Of a stretch of DNA of 32,000 bases, positions 17,777 through 25,968 are shown in pieces (the stretch's first letter is position 1; each line of letters opens with the position of its first letter). The translations under genes and the position numbers were made by a program. Source of the DNA: an uncultured archaeon (GTDB lineage Archaea; Iainarchaeota; Iainarchaeia; Iainarchaeales; JAAZKV01); assembly GCA_964551375.1 (NCBI GenBank), contig CAZKBG010000001.1:897329-929328 (forward strand), in the 5' to 3' direction. The notes beneath the pieces were generated by a model that worked only from the letters and a program-made list of their open reading frames with translations, did not search any database and had not been told where the DNA came from.

Positions 17777-19246
17777 ATGGTAAATGTAAAAAAAGTCGCT
17801 CCGTTTTCTTTTGAAGTTGAAAAAGAAGGCGAAATGAGAATTCCTGCCAAAATTTATGCAAGCGATGAACAGGTTGAGGTGCTGAGAGCGGACCAAAATA
17901 AAAGGCCTGATTCAAATTCATTAAAACAACTTGCTGACACATGCACACTTGCTGGTTTAGTGGGAGTAGTTTCGCTGGCTGATATTCATGTAGGATACGG
18001 AACGCCAATTGGGACAACCACTGCAAGCGATGTAAAAGAAGGGGTAATTACATTTGCCGCAACAGGATTTGACATAAACTGCGGAGTTCACTCAATTGTT
18101 GTTCCATTAACTGCAAAAGAAGTCGGGGAGAAAAAGAAAGAACTTGCGGAGCAGTTATTCAAAGATGTTCCTGCGGGACTTGGAATACGCGGGAAATTAA
18201 TTTTAAAGAAAACTGAAATGGATGAAGTTTTAGAAACAGGAGCGAAATTTGCGGTTAAGAAAGGATTTGGCTCAAAAAAAGATTTAAAATTTTTGGAAGA
18301 AGAAGGATGCGTTAAAGGCGCTGACTTGAGTGCAGTGACTGACAAGGCAAAAGAAAGAGCGCTTGACCAGATTGGAACGCTTGGAAGCGGAAATCATTAC
18401 TGTGAAGTTCAGGAGATTGAAAAAGTATTTGATGATAGTGCGGCGAAGGCATTCGGACTTAATGAAGGCGGAGTAATGGTAAGCATACACTGCGGTTCAA
18501 GAGCGCTTGGACACCAAATAGGAACTGATTATTTATCTATACTTGACAGCGCAGTAAAAAAATACAGCATTAAAATTCCGCAGAGGGATTTAGTATGCGC
18601 GCCGTTTAACAGCGAAGAAGGGCAGAAGTACTTTGGAGCAATAAATGCGGGAAGCAATGCTGCATTTATGAATAGATTTGTAATTGGAGCGCTTGTAAAA
18701 AGAAGTTTTGCAAAAGTATTTGAAATAAGCGAAGACGATTCAAAAACATTTTATGATGTGGGGCACAACACTGCCAAAATAGAAACTCATAATGTTGGAC
18801 AATATTTAGATGGCGGGGGAAATAAAAAGCAAAAAGTCCTCATTCAGCGAAAAGGCTCCACAAGAGGATTTGGGCCTGGCAATTTGGCAGTTCCATTAAA
18901 GTACAGAAAAATCGGACAGCCTGTAATGGCCGGCGGTTCAATGGGGACTCATTCATTTATCTTAAAAGGGACTAATGCTGCAATGGACAAGACTTTTGGC
19001 TCAACCATCCACGGGGCGGGGCGAAGCATGTCAAGAACTGCGGCTCTAGAAAAATGGTCTGGGGAAGATTTGCTTTTGGAACTTGCAAAAAAAGGAATTA
19101 TTGTTAAAGCAAGGTCCACTAAAGGCTTGCCTGAAGAAGCTCCAAATGCGTACAAGGACATAAACTCGGTTGTTGAAGTAATGCACAAAACTAATATTTC
19201 AAAAAAAGTCGCAAGATTAAAACCAATGATTTGCATAAAAGGCTGA
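17777..19246 (+). CDS. rtcB: RtcB RNA 3'-phosphate ligase (tRNA-splicing ligase)
   Basis: DIHVGYGTPIG, GFDINCG, GSGNHYCEVQ, HCGSRALGH, GHNTA and HGAGR are the metal- and GMP-His-site motifs of RtcB. No intein is visible. I prefer ATG 17777 over GTG 17768. Confidence 0.93.
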   Translation: MVNVKKVAPFSFEVEKEGEMRIPAKIYASDEQVEVLRADQNKRPDSNSLKQLADTCTLAGLVGVVSLADIHVGYGTPIGTTTASDVKEGVITFAATGFDINCGVHSIVVPLTAKEVGEKKKELAEQLFKDVPAGLGIRGKLILKKTEMDEVLETGAKFAVKKGFGSKKDLKFLEEEGCVKGADLSAVTDKAKERALDQIGTLGSGNHYCEVQEIEKVFDDSAAKAFGLNEGGVMVSIHCGSRALGHQIGTDYLSILDSAVKKYSIKIPQRDLVCAPFNSEEGQKYFGAINAGSNAAFMNRFVIGALVKRSFAKVFEISEDDSKTFYDVGHNTAKIETHNVGQYLDGGGNKKQKVLIQRKGSTRGFGPGNLAVPLKYRKIGQPVMAGGSMGTHSFILKGTNAAMDKTFGSTIHGAGRSMSRTAALEKWSGEDLLLELAKKGIIVKARSTKGLPEEAPNAYKDINSVVEVMHKTNISKKVARLKPMICIKG

Positions 19247-19271
19247 TTTTATTTTTTTATTCTGATTTTTT
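19247..19271 (+). terminator. oligo-T tract immediately after rtcB stop
   Basis: ttttatttttttattctgatttttt contains T4, T7 and T6 runs starting at the base after the TGA. This is the form archaeal intrinsic terminators usually take. Confidence 0.4.
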
Positions 19272-19334
19272 AAGCCAAAATGCTTTTGCCGAAGCAAATA
19301 GATAACAATTAAATATAAAAAACTGCTAATATTA

Positions 19335-20351
19335 ATGAGGGATGGGATGGAACTTGATTACGGCAAAATACTTGAATTTGGACTTTTTGGCTGGATGAAG
19401 CAGGAAGGAGTTTGGAAATACATCCTTGGGTATTTTATTTACTTAACAGCAGTGCTTGTGGCAACATCATATGTAATGTACTCAGTTCTAAAGCCGTTCA
19501 TAACTTTTGAAGCGACTTCTAATCTTGCCGCGCTGAATTCAATTGTATATTTAGCTATTTTTTTATTAGTGCTAACAATAGTTTCACTCATAATTCAATC
19601 AGCATTTTCTTACCTTTTCATTGCAAAAGCATTGAATTCAAGAGGCAGAAAATTTGTTGAATTTGATTTATTGAGGTGGGCGAGATTTGTTGTTTTTGAA
19701 ATCGCAACATTCTTTTCAGTTCTATTTTCAATATTCAATCTAAAACTTCTTTTGGTTGGAATTGCATCAATAGTCTGCATTGGAATAGGGCTATTGAGCA
19801 TATTTTTGTCATCATTTGGCGGGAATTACTCTCTGGGAGTAATAATATTTGCTCTATTTTTTATTCTTGGATTATTGCTTGGATTAGCATATCTTGCAAT
19901 ATTGATTTACAATGCAATAAAACTTTCAATGGGCGCGGTTTCGTTTGTTGAAAGCGAAAAAAACATAATGGATGCGTTAAAAGATTCGTGGGAAATGACT
20001 GCGGGAAGCACGCTAAACATTTTTATAGGGCTGTTTTTGATTGGGCTTATTGTTGGCATAATAGTGGGAATAGGGATGATTCCTTCAATGGCGTATAATT
20101 TTGCGATAAGCTTTACAAATCCCGGGGCTGCCGGCGCAATTGGGTACATGATTGACCCGATTTATCTTTTGCTGTCAATTCCATATTTAGTGCTGCAGGC
20201 AGTTGGCTCAATAATGACTTACTTTGGGGCGATTGAAATTTATTCCCAGCTAAAAGGGGCAAATAAAGGGGCTAGCGCTGTATCTTTGGGCTCAAATGCC
20301 TCTAAAACTATAGTTAAACGGAGCTTTGCAGGGAAAAAGAAACTAAAGTAA
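19335..20351 (+). CDS. polytopic (about 7 TM) membrane protein, function unknown
   Basis: 338 aa with roughly seven long hydrophobic segments. The loop string ALKDSWEMTAGSTLNIF resembles the conserved loop of DUF975/YciC-type membrane proteins (weak, from memory). The start could instead be ATG 19347. Confidence 0.6.
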   Translation: MRDGMELDYGKILEFGLFGWMKQEGVWKYILGYFIYLTAVLVATSYVMYSVLKPFITFEATSNLAALNSIVYLAIFLLVLTIVSLIIQSAFSYLFIAKALNSRGRKFVEFDLLRWARFVVFEIATFFSVLFSIFNLKLLLVGIASIVCIGIGLLSIFLSSFGGNYSLGVIIFALFFILGLLLGLAYLAILIYNAIKLSMGAVSFVESEKNIMDALKDSWEMTAGSTLNIFIGLFLIGLIVGIIVGIGMIPSMAYNFAISFTNPGAAGAIGYMIDPIYLLLSIPYLVLQAVGSIMTYFGAIEIYSQLKGANKGASAVSLGSNASKTIVKRSFAGKKKLK

Positions 20352-20498
20352 TCTTAGTGTGCTCTTTGGCAAATAAAGCCAAAAGCACTCATTTAACTTC
20401 TTCCAGTTAATAAGCGAAAAGTATATATATTCCTTTCTCGCAACATATATATTGGCACGCCAATTTTTTAGATGCGCGCCATAAGGTGGGTTGGTTAA

Positions 20499-22439
20499 AT
20501 GAATAAATTACTTGGGATAACACTGGTTGCTTTGGCATTTTTAATGCTGAGCATAAACGCATTTGCATGCAATATCTCATTAACAAACTTTTCAACAGAA
20601 CTAAGGCCAGAAAACACTGACTCATACTACTCAAGCATCTCAACAGCAAAGAATAATGACATTGATATTAAACTTGAATTTGAAGTAGATTCACATTCAG
20701 GAACTGACTGCCCGACAAACATCGGGGCGCAGGCAAAAATTTACAGATATAACTCAAACAACTCTACTTGGGAAAATTTTAGAACAACAAGCCTAAAAAC
20801 ACAGGAACTTTCAAATGACTCGTACATTTTTGTATGGAGCAACGAATTCAATACAGGAAATAGCTCAACTTACACAAGATATAGAGTGGACGGATTAATA
20901 TTCAACTCTTCAACACAGCTTGACAAAATGGAAGCATACGCTGATGTAATTGACAATTCATGCTCGGGGATTAGACTAACAACTTCAACACTAACTGTGG
21001 ATGAAGGAAGAACAGGCTCAAAAGTATTCACAATTGAAAACAACACAGATTATGACTTCACAATAGACAACGCAAGAGCATACTTTTCAAATTCGCTAAT
21101 TAGAAACGGAAGAGTTGATTATGACTCAACAGTTCCAAGCAGATCAACAAGAAGCATAACTGTTTCAGTTGATGTGGGGACAGTTTCTTCAACTTCAACA
21201 ACTACTGGAACGCTTGCGGTAAACGGAAGACTAAACTCAAATTCCTGCTCTGAATCAGATGTTGGAACAAGACTATTTGATATAACTGTGAGAGATACAG
21301 GGACAAATACAACAACAGATTATTACGACGACTATTATTACAATTCAACAAGCTCGGACTGCGATGATATAAGACTTGAATCAAAAACAATTTATGCAGA
21401 CGAATCATCAAACGAGAAAGTAACATTTGCGCTGCAAAATTTATCAACAAAAAGATTTGAGATACTTGAAATATCAACAACATCAAACGGGCTGATAGCA
21501 GCTCCTTATATGAACGACCAGTATATTTTCCCAGGACAAGTTGGAAATGTAATACTAAACTTAACAACACCAAACGTAACAAGCGAAAGAGCATACAATA
21601 ATTATGTGAAAGTAAGAGGAAAATTCGCTGACGGAAGAACATGCGAATTTAGAGACATAAATTCAATATACACAGTAAATGTGCTAAATCAAAGCGACTA
21701 TGTTGAAACAGACTGCAGAGGACTAAACATCTCAGCCCCAAACGCATACAATATTGAAAACTTTGGCACAATGCAGTTCTCAATACAAAATATGACAAAC
21801 AAAATTGCAACAATCTTTGTTGAAGGGACAGTGGATGCCACTCCAACAGTAATAACACTGCCAAGCGGCTCAACTATTGCAAGAGAATTAACAATCTCAA
21901 TGAGCGCGCCAAGCGGACAATTAAATTTTAGGCCAATTGTTGACGGGTGCTCGCTTCCATCAAAATTTGTTGCACTGACAAACAGCGCTAAAGGGGAAGT
22001 AAAAAGCGTAAAAATGACTGCAACAACTGAATTTGACAAAAACAGCGGAAATACAATCCTTACAGTTGAACTAAACAATCCGACTTCAAAAGAATTTAAC
22101 GGAACGCTTGAAATAAGCGCAGCAGGATTTAAGGACATAAAACAAAGCATCAGCCTTTCTCCTGGAGTAAATCATTCAACGCTTGTTCTTGAGCCGACAG
22201 GAACAGCCGCAAGCGGCAAAGGAAAAGCAACCTTTTACTTTGAAGGACAGAAAATTGAAACAGAATTTAATACAGGCCAAACAAACTCGCTTGCAGGATT
22301 ATTTGCATTCGGAGCAGGAAATATGACAATCGGAATAGTTCTAATAGTGATAATTGCGGTAATAGTATTAGTTGGAATTGTCTCAGGAAGAGGAAATATA
22401 AAAGTTGAAAGAGACAACAGCCAAAAATGGACAAAATAA
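20499..22439 (+). CDS. type I membrane-anchored, sequon-rich surface protein (S-layer or adhesin candidate), no family recognised
   Basis: It has a signal peptide MNKLLGITLVALAFLMLSINAFA and a C-terminal TM helix MTIGIVLIVIIAVIVLVGIVSG (nt ~22323-22388) with a basic tail. There are about 20 N-x-S/T sequons and eight Cys in four ordered pairs. GGTGG lies 9 nt upstream of the ATG. Confidence 0.7.
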   Translation: MNKLLGITLVALAFLMLSINAFACNISLTNFSTELRPENTDSYYSSISTAKNNDIDIKLEFEVDSHSGTDCPTNIGAQAKIYRYNSNNSTWENFRTTSLKTQELSNDSYIFVWSNEFNTGNSSTYTRYRVDGLIFNSSTQLDKMEAYADVIDNSCSGIRLTTSTLTVDEGRTGSKVFTIENNTDYDFTIDNARAYFSNSLIRNGRVDYDSTVPSRSTRSITVSVDVGTVSSTSTTTGTLAVNGRLNSNSCSESDVGTRLFDITVRDTGTNTTTDYYDDYYYNSTSSDCDDIRLESKTIYADESSNEKVTFALQNLSTKRFEILEISTTSNGLIAAPYMNDQYIFPGQVGNVILNLTTPNVTSERAYNNYVKVRGKFADGRTCEFRDINSIYTVNVLNQSDYVETDCRGLNISAPNAYNIENFGTMQFSIQNMTNKIATIFVEGTVDATPTVITLPSGSTIARELTISMSAPSGQLNFRPIVDGCSLPSKFVALTNSAKGEVKSVKMTATTEFDKNSGNTILTVELNNPTSKEFNGTLEISAAGFKDIKQSISLSPGVNHSTLVLEPTGTAASGKGKATFYFEGQKIETEFNTGQTNSLAGLFAFGAGNMTIGIVLIVIIAVIVLVGIVSGRGNIKVERDNSQKWTK

Positions 22440-22586
22440 ATAAGCCATAAGCTCGGGCAAAACAAAGTTTTTACGACGCAAATTTGGCAAACCTTCACAG
22501 CAGGTTTATAAAGGTTTAGCTGGGAAAATACATTATAGTTTGAGTACACTGCTCTATAAAAGTTGGTGAGCTTTTTTAGGGTAAAT

Positions 22587-22609
22587 ACCAAAAAACACTG
22601 TTTTTTGGT
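22587..22609. promoter_or_regulatory. perfect 23-nt palindrome in the rpl3 upstream region
   Basis: accaaaaaaca-c-tgttttttggt has 11-nt perfect arms. It lies 88 nt upstream of the rpl3 ATG and about 25-30 nt downstream of a TATA-like tataaaag (22555-22562). Confidence 0.35.
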
Positions 22610-22696
22610 TCAAAAATCTCCAAAAGAAAGAGGTTTTTGCCACAAGCGCTAGGTAGGCGCCCAGTTACTCTGACATAAAACGAAAAATGTGATATA

Positions 22697-23704
22697 ATGT
22701 CGGAATACAACGCTCCAAGACGAGGATCATTGTCTTACTATCCAAGAGTAAGGTCAAAAAAAGAAACTCCAAGCCTAAAAGGTTATGGAACAGAAAACAA
22801 GCCTCTTAATTTTTTAGCTTATAAAGTTGGAATGGTGCAGGTAATGGGAAAAAACGTGCACAAAGCAAGCCCAACATTCAACCACGAAGTTGTGGCGCCA
22901 GCAACAGTAATCGAATGCCCTCCATTAAAAGTATTTGGAGTAAGAGCATATGCTAAAGCAGAAATCGGATACGCTGCATTAAGCGATGTAATTAGCGAAC
23001 ACGTTGACAAAGAGTTAAAGAGAACTATTTTAAATTTTAAAGAAAAATCACAAGGCGCAGACAAGAAAGAAGCAAAGCCTGCAAAGAAGGATGATATTTA
23101 CACAATGGCTGATTTTGAAAAAGAATTAGCTGACATAGAATACTTCACACTACTTGTTCACACACAGCCAAAATTCAAGAAAACTCCTGAAGTAAGCGAA
23201 GTTTTCCTTGGCGGAACAAAAGAACAGCAGTTGGCAGTTGCAAAAGAAAAATTAGGAAAAGAAGTAGCAATTGATGAAGTGTTCAAAGAAAATGAATTTT
23301 TAGACGTTAGGGCTGTAACCAAGGGAAAAGGATTCCAAGGCGCAGTAAAAAGATTTGGTGTAAGAACATTTAGACCAAAGCACAAAAAGCAGAGAGTTGT
23401 TGGATCAATCGGACCATGGCACCCTGCGACAGTAATGTTCACAGTTGCAAGACCCGGACAAATGGGATACCACAATAGAACTGAATCAAACAAGAAGCTA
23501 ATTAAAATTTCTAAAACAGCAACAGACGTAAATCCAAAAGGCGGATTCAAAAATTACGGGCTTGTTGAAGCAAATTACGCATTAATCTTCGGATCAATTC
23601 CGGGGCCAGTAAAAAGATGCGTTGCATTAAGAAAATCACTAAGACCAGCACAGCAGAAGGGAGTTCAGCTTGCAGCGGTAGAAAAAATAATTGCGAACAA
23701 TTAA
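22697..23704 (+). CDS. rpl3: 50S ribosomal protein L3 (uL3)
   Basis: PRRGSLSYYPRVR...FLAYKVGMVQV...VTKGKGFQGAVKRFGV...GSIGPWHPATV...ARPGQMGYHNRTE is the archaeal L3 signature. It is the first gene of the S10-like operon. Confidence 0.95.
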   Translation: MSEYNAPRRGSLSYYPRVRSKKETPSLKGYGTENKPLNFLAYKVGMVQVMGKNVHKASPTFNHEVVAPATVIECPPLKVFGVRAYAKAEIGYAALSDVISEHVDKELKRTILNFKEKSQGADKKEAKPAKKDDIYTMADFEKELADIEYFTLLVHTQPKFKKTPEVSEVFLGGTKEQQLAVAKEKLGKEVAIDEVFKENEFLDVRAVTKGKGFQGAVKRFGVRTFRPKHKKQRVVGSIGPWHPATVMFTVARPGQMGYHNRTESNKKLIKISKTATDVNPKGGFKNYGLVEANYALIFGSIPGPVKRCVALRKSLRPAQQKGVQLAAVEKIIANN

Positions 23705-23731
23705 ATTTGATATTTGAAAGGTTGATTTTGG

Positions 23732-24691
23732 ATGAAAGCAAATATTATTGGAATTGACGGAACTAGCAAGGGAAGCATAGACTTGCCAAAAGTATTTGAA
23801 ACAGAATACAAGCCAAGACTAATCAAAAGAGCAGCGCAGGCAATACAAACTGCAAAGAAACAGCCAAAGGGAGCAGATCCTAGAGCTGGAAAAAAGAACA
23901 CATCTACTTACATGGGTTATCGTGGAGTACCAGCTCCAAGAAGAACAATTAACGTTGAACACGCAAGACTTCCAAGACTAAAAAATAGAGGAGCTCTATT
24001 ATACGGAAGAGTTGCCTGGGTTCCGCAGTCTGTTGGCGGAATAGCAGCGCACCCATTAAAAGCATGGGAAACAATAGAAGAAAGAATCAACAAAAAAGAA
24101 AAGAAACAGGCACTAAAGAGCGCAATCGCAGCAACAACAATGAAAGAAATTGTTTCACAGAGATTTATAGTTGAGAAAGAACTCCCAATAGTTGCAGAAG
24201 ACAAGCTTGAAGAAGTAGCAAAAACAAGCGAAGTACTTGAAGCATTAAACAAAATCGGCGTAGGAAAAGATCTTGAAAACGCGAGAGGAAAAATAAGACA
24301 CAGAGCGGGAAGAGGAAAATCAAGAGGAAGAATCTGGAAAGAAAAGAAAAGTGTTTTAATTGTTGCAGGAAAAAATTCTCCTGTTTTAAAAGCATCAAGA
24401 AACTTGCCAGGCGTAGAAGCAGTAACAGCGCAGTCACTAAACGTTGACTTATTGGCTCCAGGCGCAGAAGCAGGAAGACTTGTTGTTTGGACAAAGAGCG
24501 CAATAGAAGAACTTGGAAAAGAAAAAGTTCACGAAATAAAGCAGGTAAGAGAAACTAAAGCTGAAAAGAAAGCAGCAGAAGCAAAGAAAGATGTTAAAGC
24601 TGAAGCTAAAGCTGATGCAAAGAAAGAAGCTAAAGTTGAAGCAAAGAAAGAAGCGGCAAAAGAAGTTAAGGCAAAGTCTGTGAAGAAGTAA
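23732..24691 (+). CDS. rpl4: 50S ribosomal protein L4 (uL4/L1e) with a ~56-aa Lys/Ala/Glu-rich C-terminal tail
   Basis: DLPKVFETEYKPRLIKRA, GKKNTSTYMGYRGVP..., RHRAGRGKSRGR and LAPGAEAGRLVVWTKSA are typical archaeal L4. The tail occupies nt 24521-24688. Confidence 0.93.
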   Translation: MKANIIGIDGTSKGSIDLPKVFETEYKPRLIKRAAQAIQTAKKQPKGADPRAGKKNTSTYMGYRGVPAPRRTINVEHARLPRLKNRGALLYGRVAWVPQSVGGIAAHPLKAWETIEERINKKEKKQALKSAIAATTMKEIVSQRFIVEKELPIVAEDKLEEVAKTSEVLEALNKIGVGKDLENARGKIRHRAGRGKSRGRIWKEKKSVLIVAGKNSPVLKASRNLPGVEAVTAQSLNVDLLAPGAEAGRLVVWTKSAIEELGKEKVHEIKQVRETKAEKKAAEAKKDVKAEAKADAKKEAKVEAKKEAAKEVKAKSVKK

Positions 24692-24712
24692 AATGATATT
24701 TAGTGATGATTT

Positions 24713-25144
24713 ATGGTAAAATTGACTGACGCAGAAAAGAAACAGGCAGTTGTAGAAAAAACTCCTCACGAAGCGCATGAACACGAATCAAAGATTAGCG
24801 AAGCTAAGCCAAAAGAAGCTAAAGCTGAGAAGAAAGAAGCTAAGGCAAAGACTGAAGAAAAAGCATTAAAATCAACAGCAACACTTCACGATTTAGAAGT
24901 ATTGCTTTACCCGTTAGTAACAGAAAAAGCAGTTAACATGATAGAAGCGGAAAACAAGATTACATTTGTAGTAAATGACAACACAAACAAAACAGAAATA
25001 AGAAAAGTATTGCAGGAAGCATACGGCGTGAAAGTTGAGAAGATTAATGTTGTTAGAGACATGAAAGGAAGAAAGAAAGCAATCATAAGACTTGACAAGA
25101 AATTCAAAGCAAGCGAACTTGCAACAAAGCTTGGAGTGCTGTAA
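24713..25144 (+). CDS. rpl23: 50S ribosomal protein L23 (uL23) with a ~55-aa Lys/Ala/Glu/His-rich N-terminal extension
   Basis: The core is LLYPLVTEKAVNMIEAENKITFVVNDNTNKTEIRKVLQEAYGVKVEKINV. At 143 aa it is longer than the ~85 aa I recall as typical for archaeal L23. GTGAT lies 5 nt upstream of the ATG. Confidence 0.9.
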   Translation: MVKLTDAEKKQAVVEKTPHEAHEHESKISEAKPKEAKAEKKEAKAKTEEKALKSTATLHDLEVLLYPLVTEKAVNMIEAENKITFVVNDNTNKTEIRKVLQEAYGVKVEKINVVRDMKGRKKAIIRLDKKFKASELATKLGVL

Positions 25145-25177
25145 AATTTATAATTTAAATTTGAAAAGTGATAAAAA

Positions 25178-25891
25178 ATGGGAAAACGATTAATCTCACA
25201 GAGAAGCGGAAAAGGAAGCCATACATTCAAGGCAAAGCACAAAGGAATTGAAGCTAAATACATTATCCAGCAGTCTGACGAAATGATGAAAGGCGAAGTG
25301 TCGGATTTAATAAAAGAAAACGGAAGACACGCAATAATTGCAGAAATTACATTTGTAAACGGGGCAAAAGAATACCTTCCAGCAGCAGAAGGATTAGCTC
25401 TTGGAAAGAAAATCCAGCAGGGAAAAGGAATAGACATTGAAGTAGGAAACGTATCTTACTTAGGCGACTTGCCTGAAGGATGCCCAGTATTTAATATTGA
25501 AAAAATTGCAGGAGACGGAGGAACACTTGTAAAATCAAGCGGAACTTACGCCCTATTAATGGCAAAAGACAGCAAGAAAGTAACAGTAAAAATGCCTTCA
25601 GGCGCAATGCTGACTTTCCCTCTAAACGTAAGAGCAACAGTGGGAAACATCTCATGCGGCGGAAGAGAAGACAAGCCTTTAGTAAAAGCAGGAAACAATT
25701 ATCATTTATTCAAATCAAAGAGAAAGATGTATCCTAGAGTTAGAGGGGTAAAGATGAACGCGGTAGACCACCCATTCGGTGGAGCTTCACACAAGCCCGG
25801 AAAATCGAAGAGCACATCAAGAAACGCGCCACCAGGAAGAAAAGTTGGTGCAATCGCTTCTTCAAGAACAGGAAGGAGGAAGAAGAACTAA
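25178..25891 (+). CDS. rpl2: 50S ribosomal protein L2 (uL2)
   Basis: GTYALLMAKD..., GGREDKPLVKAGNNYH, RGVKMNAVDHPFGGASHKPG and the SRTGRRKK tail. Confidence 0.96.
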   Translation: MGKRLISQRSGKGSHTFKAKHKGIEAKYIIQQSDEMMKGEVSDLIKENGRHAIIAEITFVNGAKEYLPAAEGLALGKKIQQGKGIDIEVGNVSYLGDLPEGCPVFNIEKIAGDGGTLVKSSGTYALLMAKDSKKVTVKMPSGAMLTFPLNVRATVGNISCGGREDKPLVKAGNNYHLFKSKRKMYPRVRGVKMNAVDHPFGGASHKPGKSKSTSRNAPPGRKVGAIASSRTGRRKKN

Positions 25892-25900
25892 AGTTGAAGA

Positions 25901-25947
25901 ACTCTTTGCAAATGCAAAGAGTATTTTTAATTTTTGGTTTTTTTTTT
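25901..25947 (+). terminator. perfect hairpin plus T5/T5/T10 tracts between rpl2 and rps19
   Basis: actctttgca-aa-tgcaaagagt has perfect 10-nt arms (25901-25922). It is followed by T5 (25924-25928), T5 (25931-25935) and T10 (25938-25947). Confidence 0.5.
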
Positions 25948-25968
25948 ACATTTAGCAGGTGAAGAAAA

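Noticed and set aside
20452-20463. Palindrome TTGGC-AC-GCCAA between the TATA-like element and the start of the surface-protein gene.
   Set aside because: The 5-bp arms are statistically weak. It is mentioned only as a place to look if a TSS is mapped nearby.
22605-22621. The sequence ggttcaaaaatctcc resembles a tRNA T-arm (GGTTCAAATCC).
   Set aside because: The loop is two nt too long. No acceptor, D or anticodon stems can be built from the flanks, and the ggt is already part of the 23-nt palindrome.
24165-25437. Minus-strand ORFs 24165-24503, 24449-24784 and 24907-25437, opposite rpl4, rpl23 and rpl2.
   Set aside because: They lie antisense to confidently identified r-protein genes. Their low-complexity F/L/S/C-rich translations are typical of complements of Lys/Glu-rich coding sequence.
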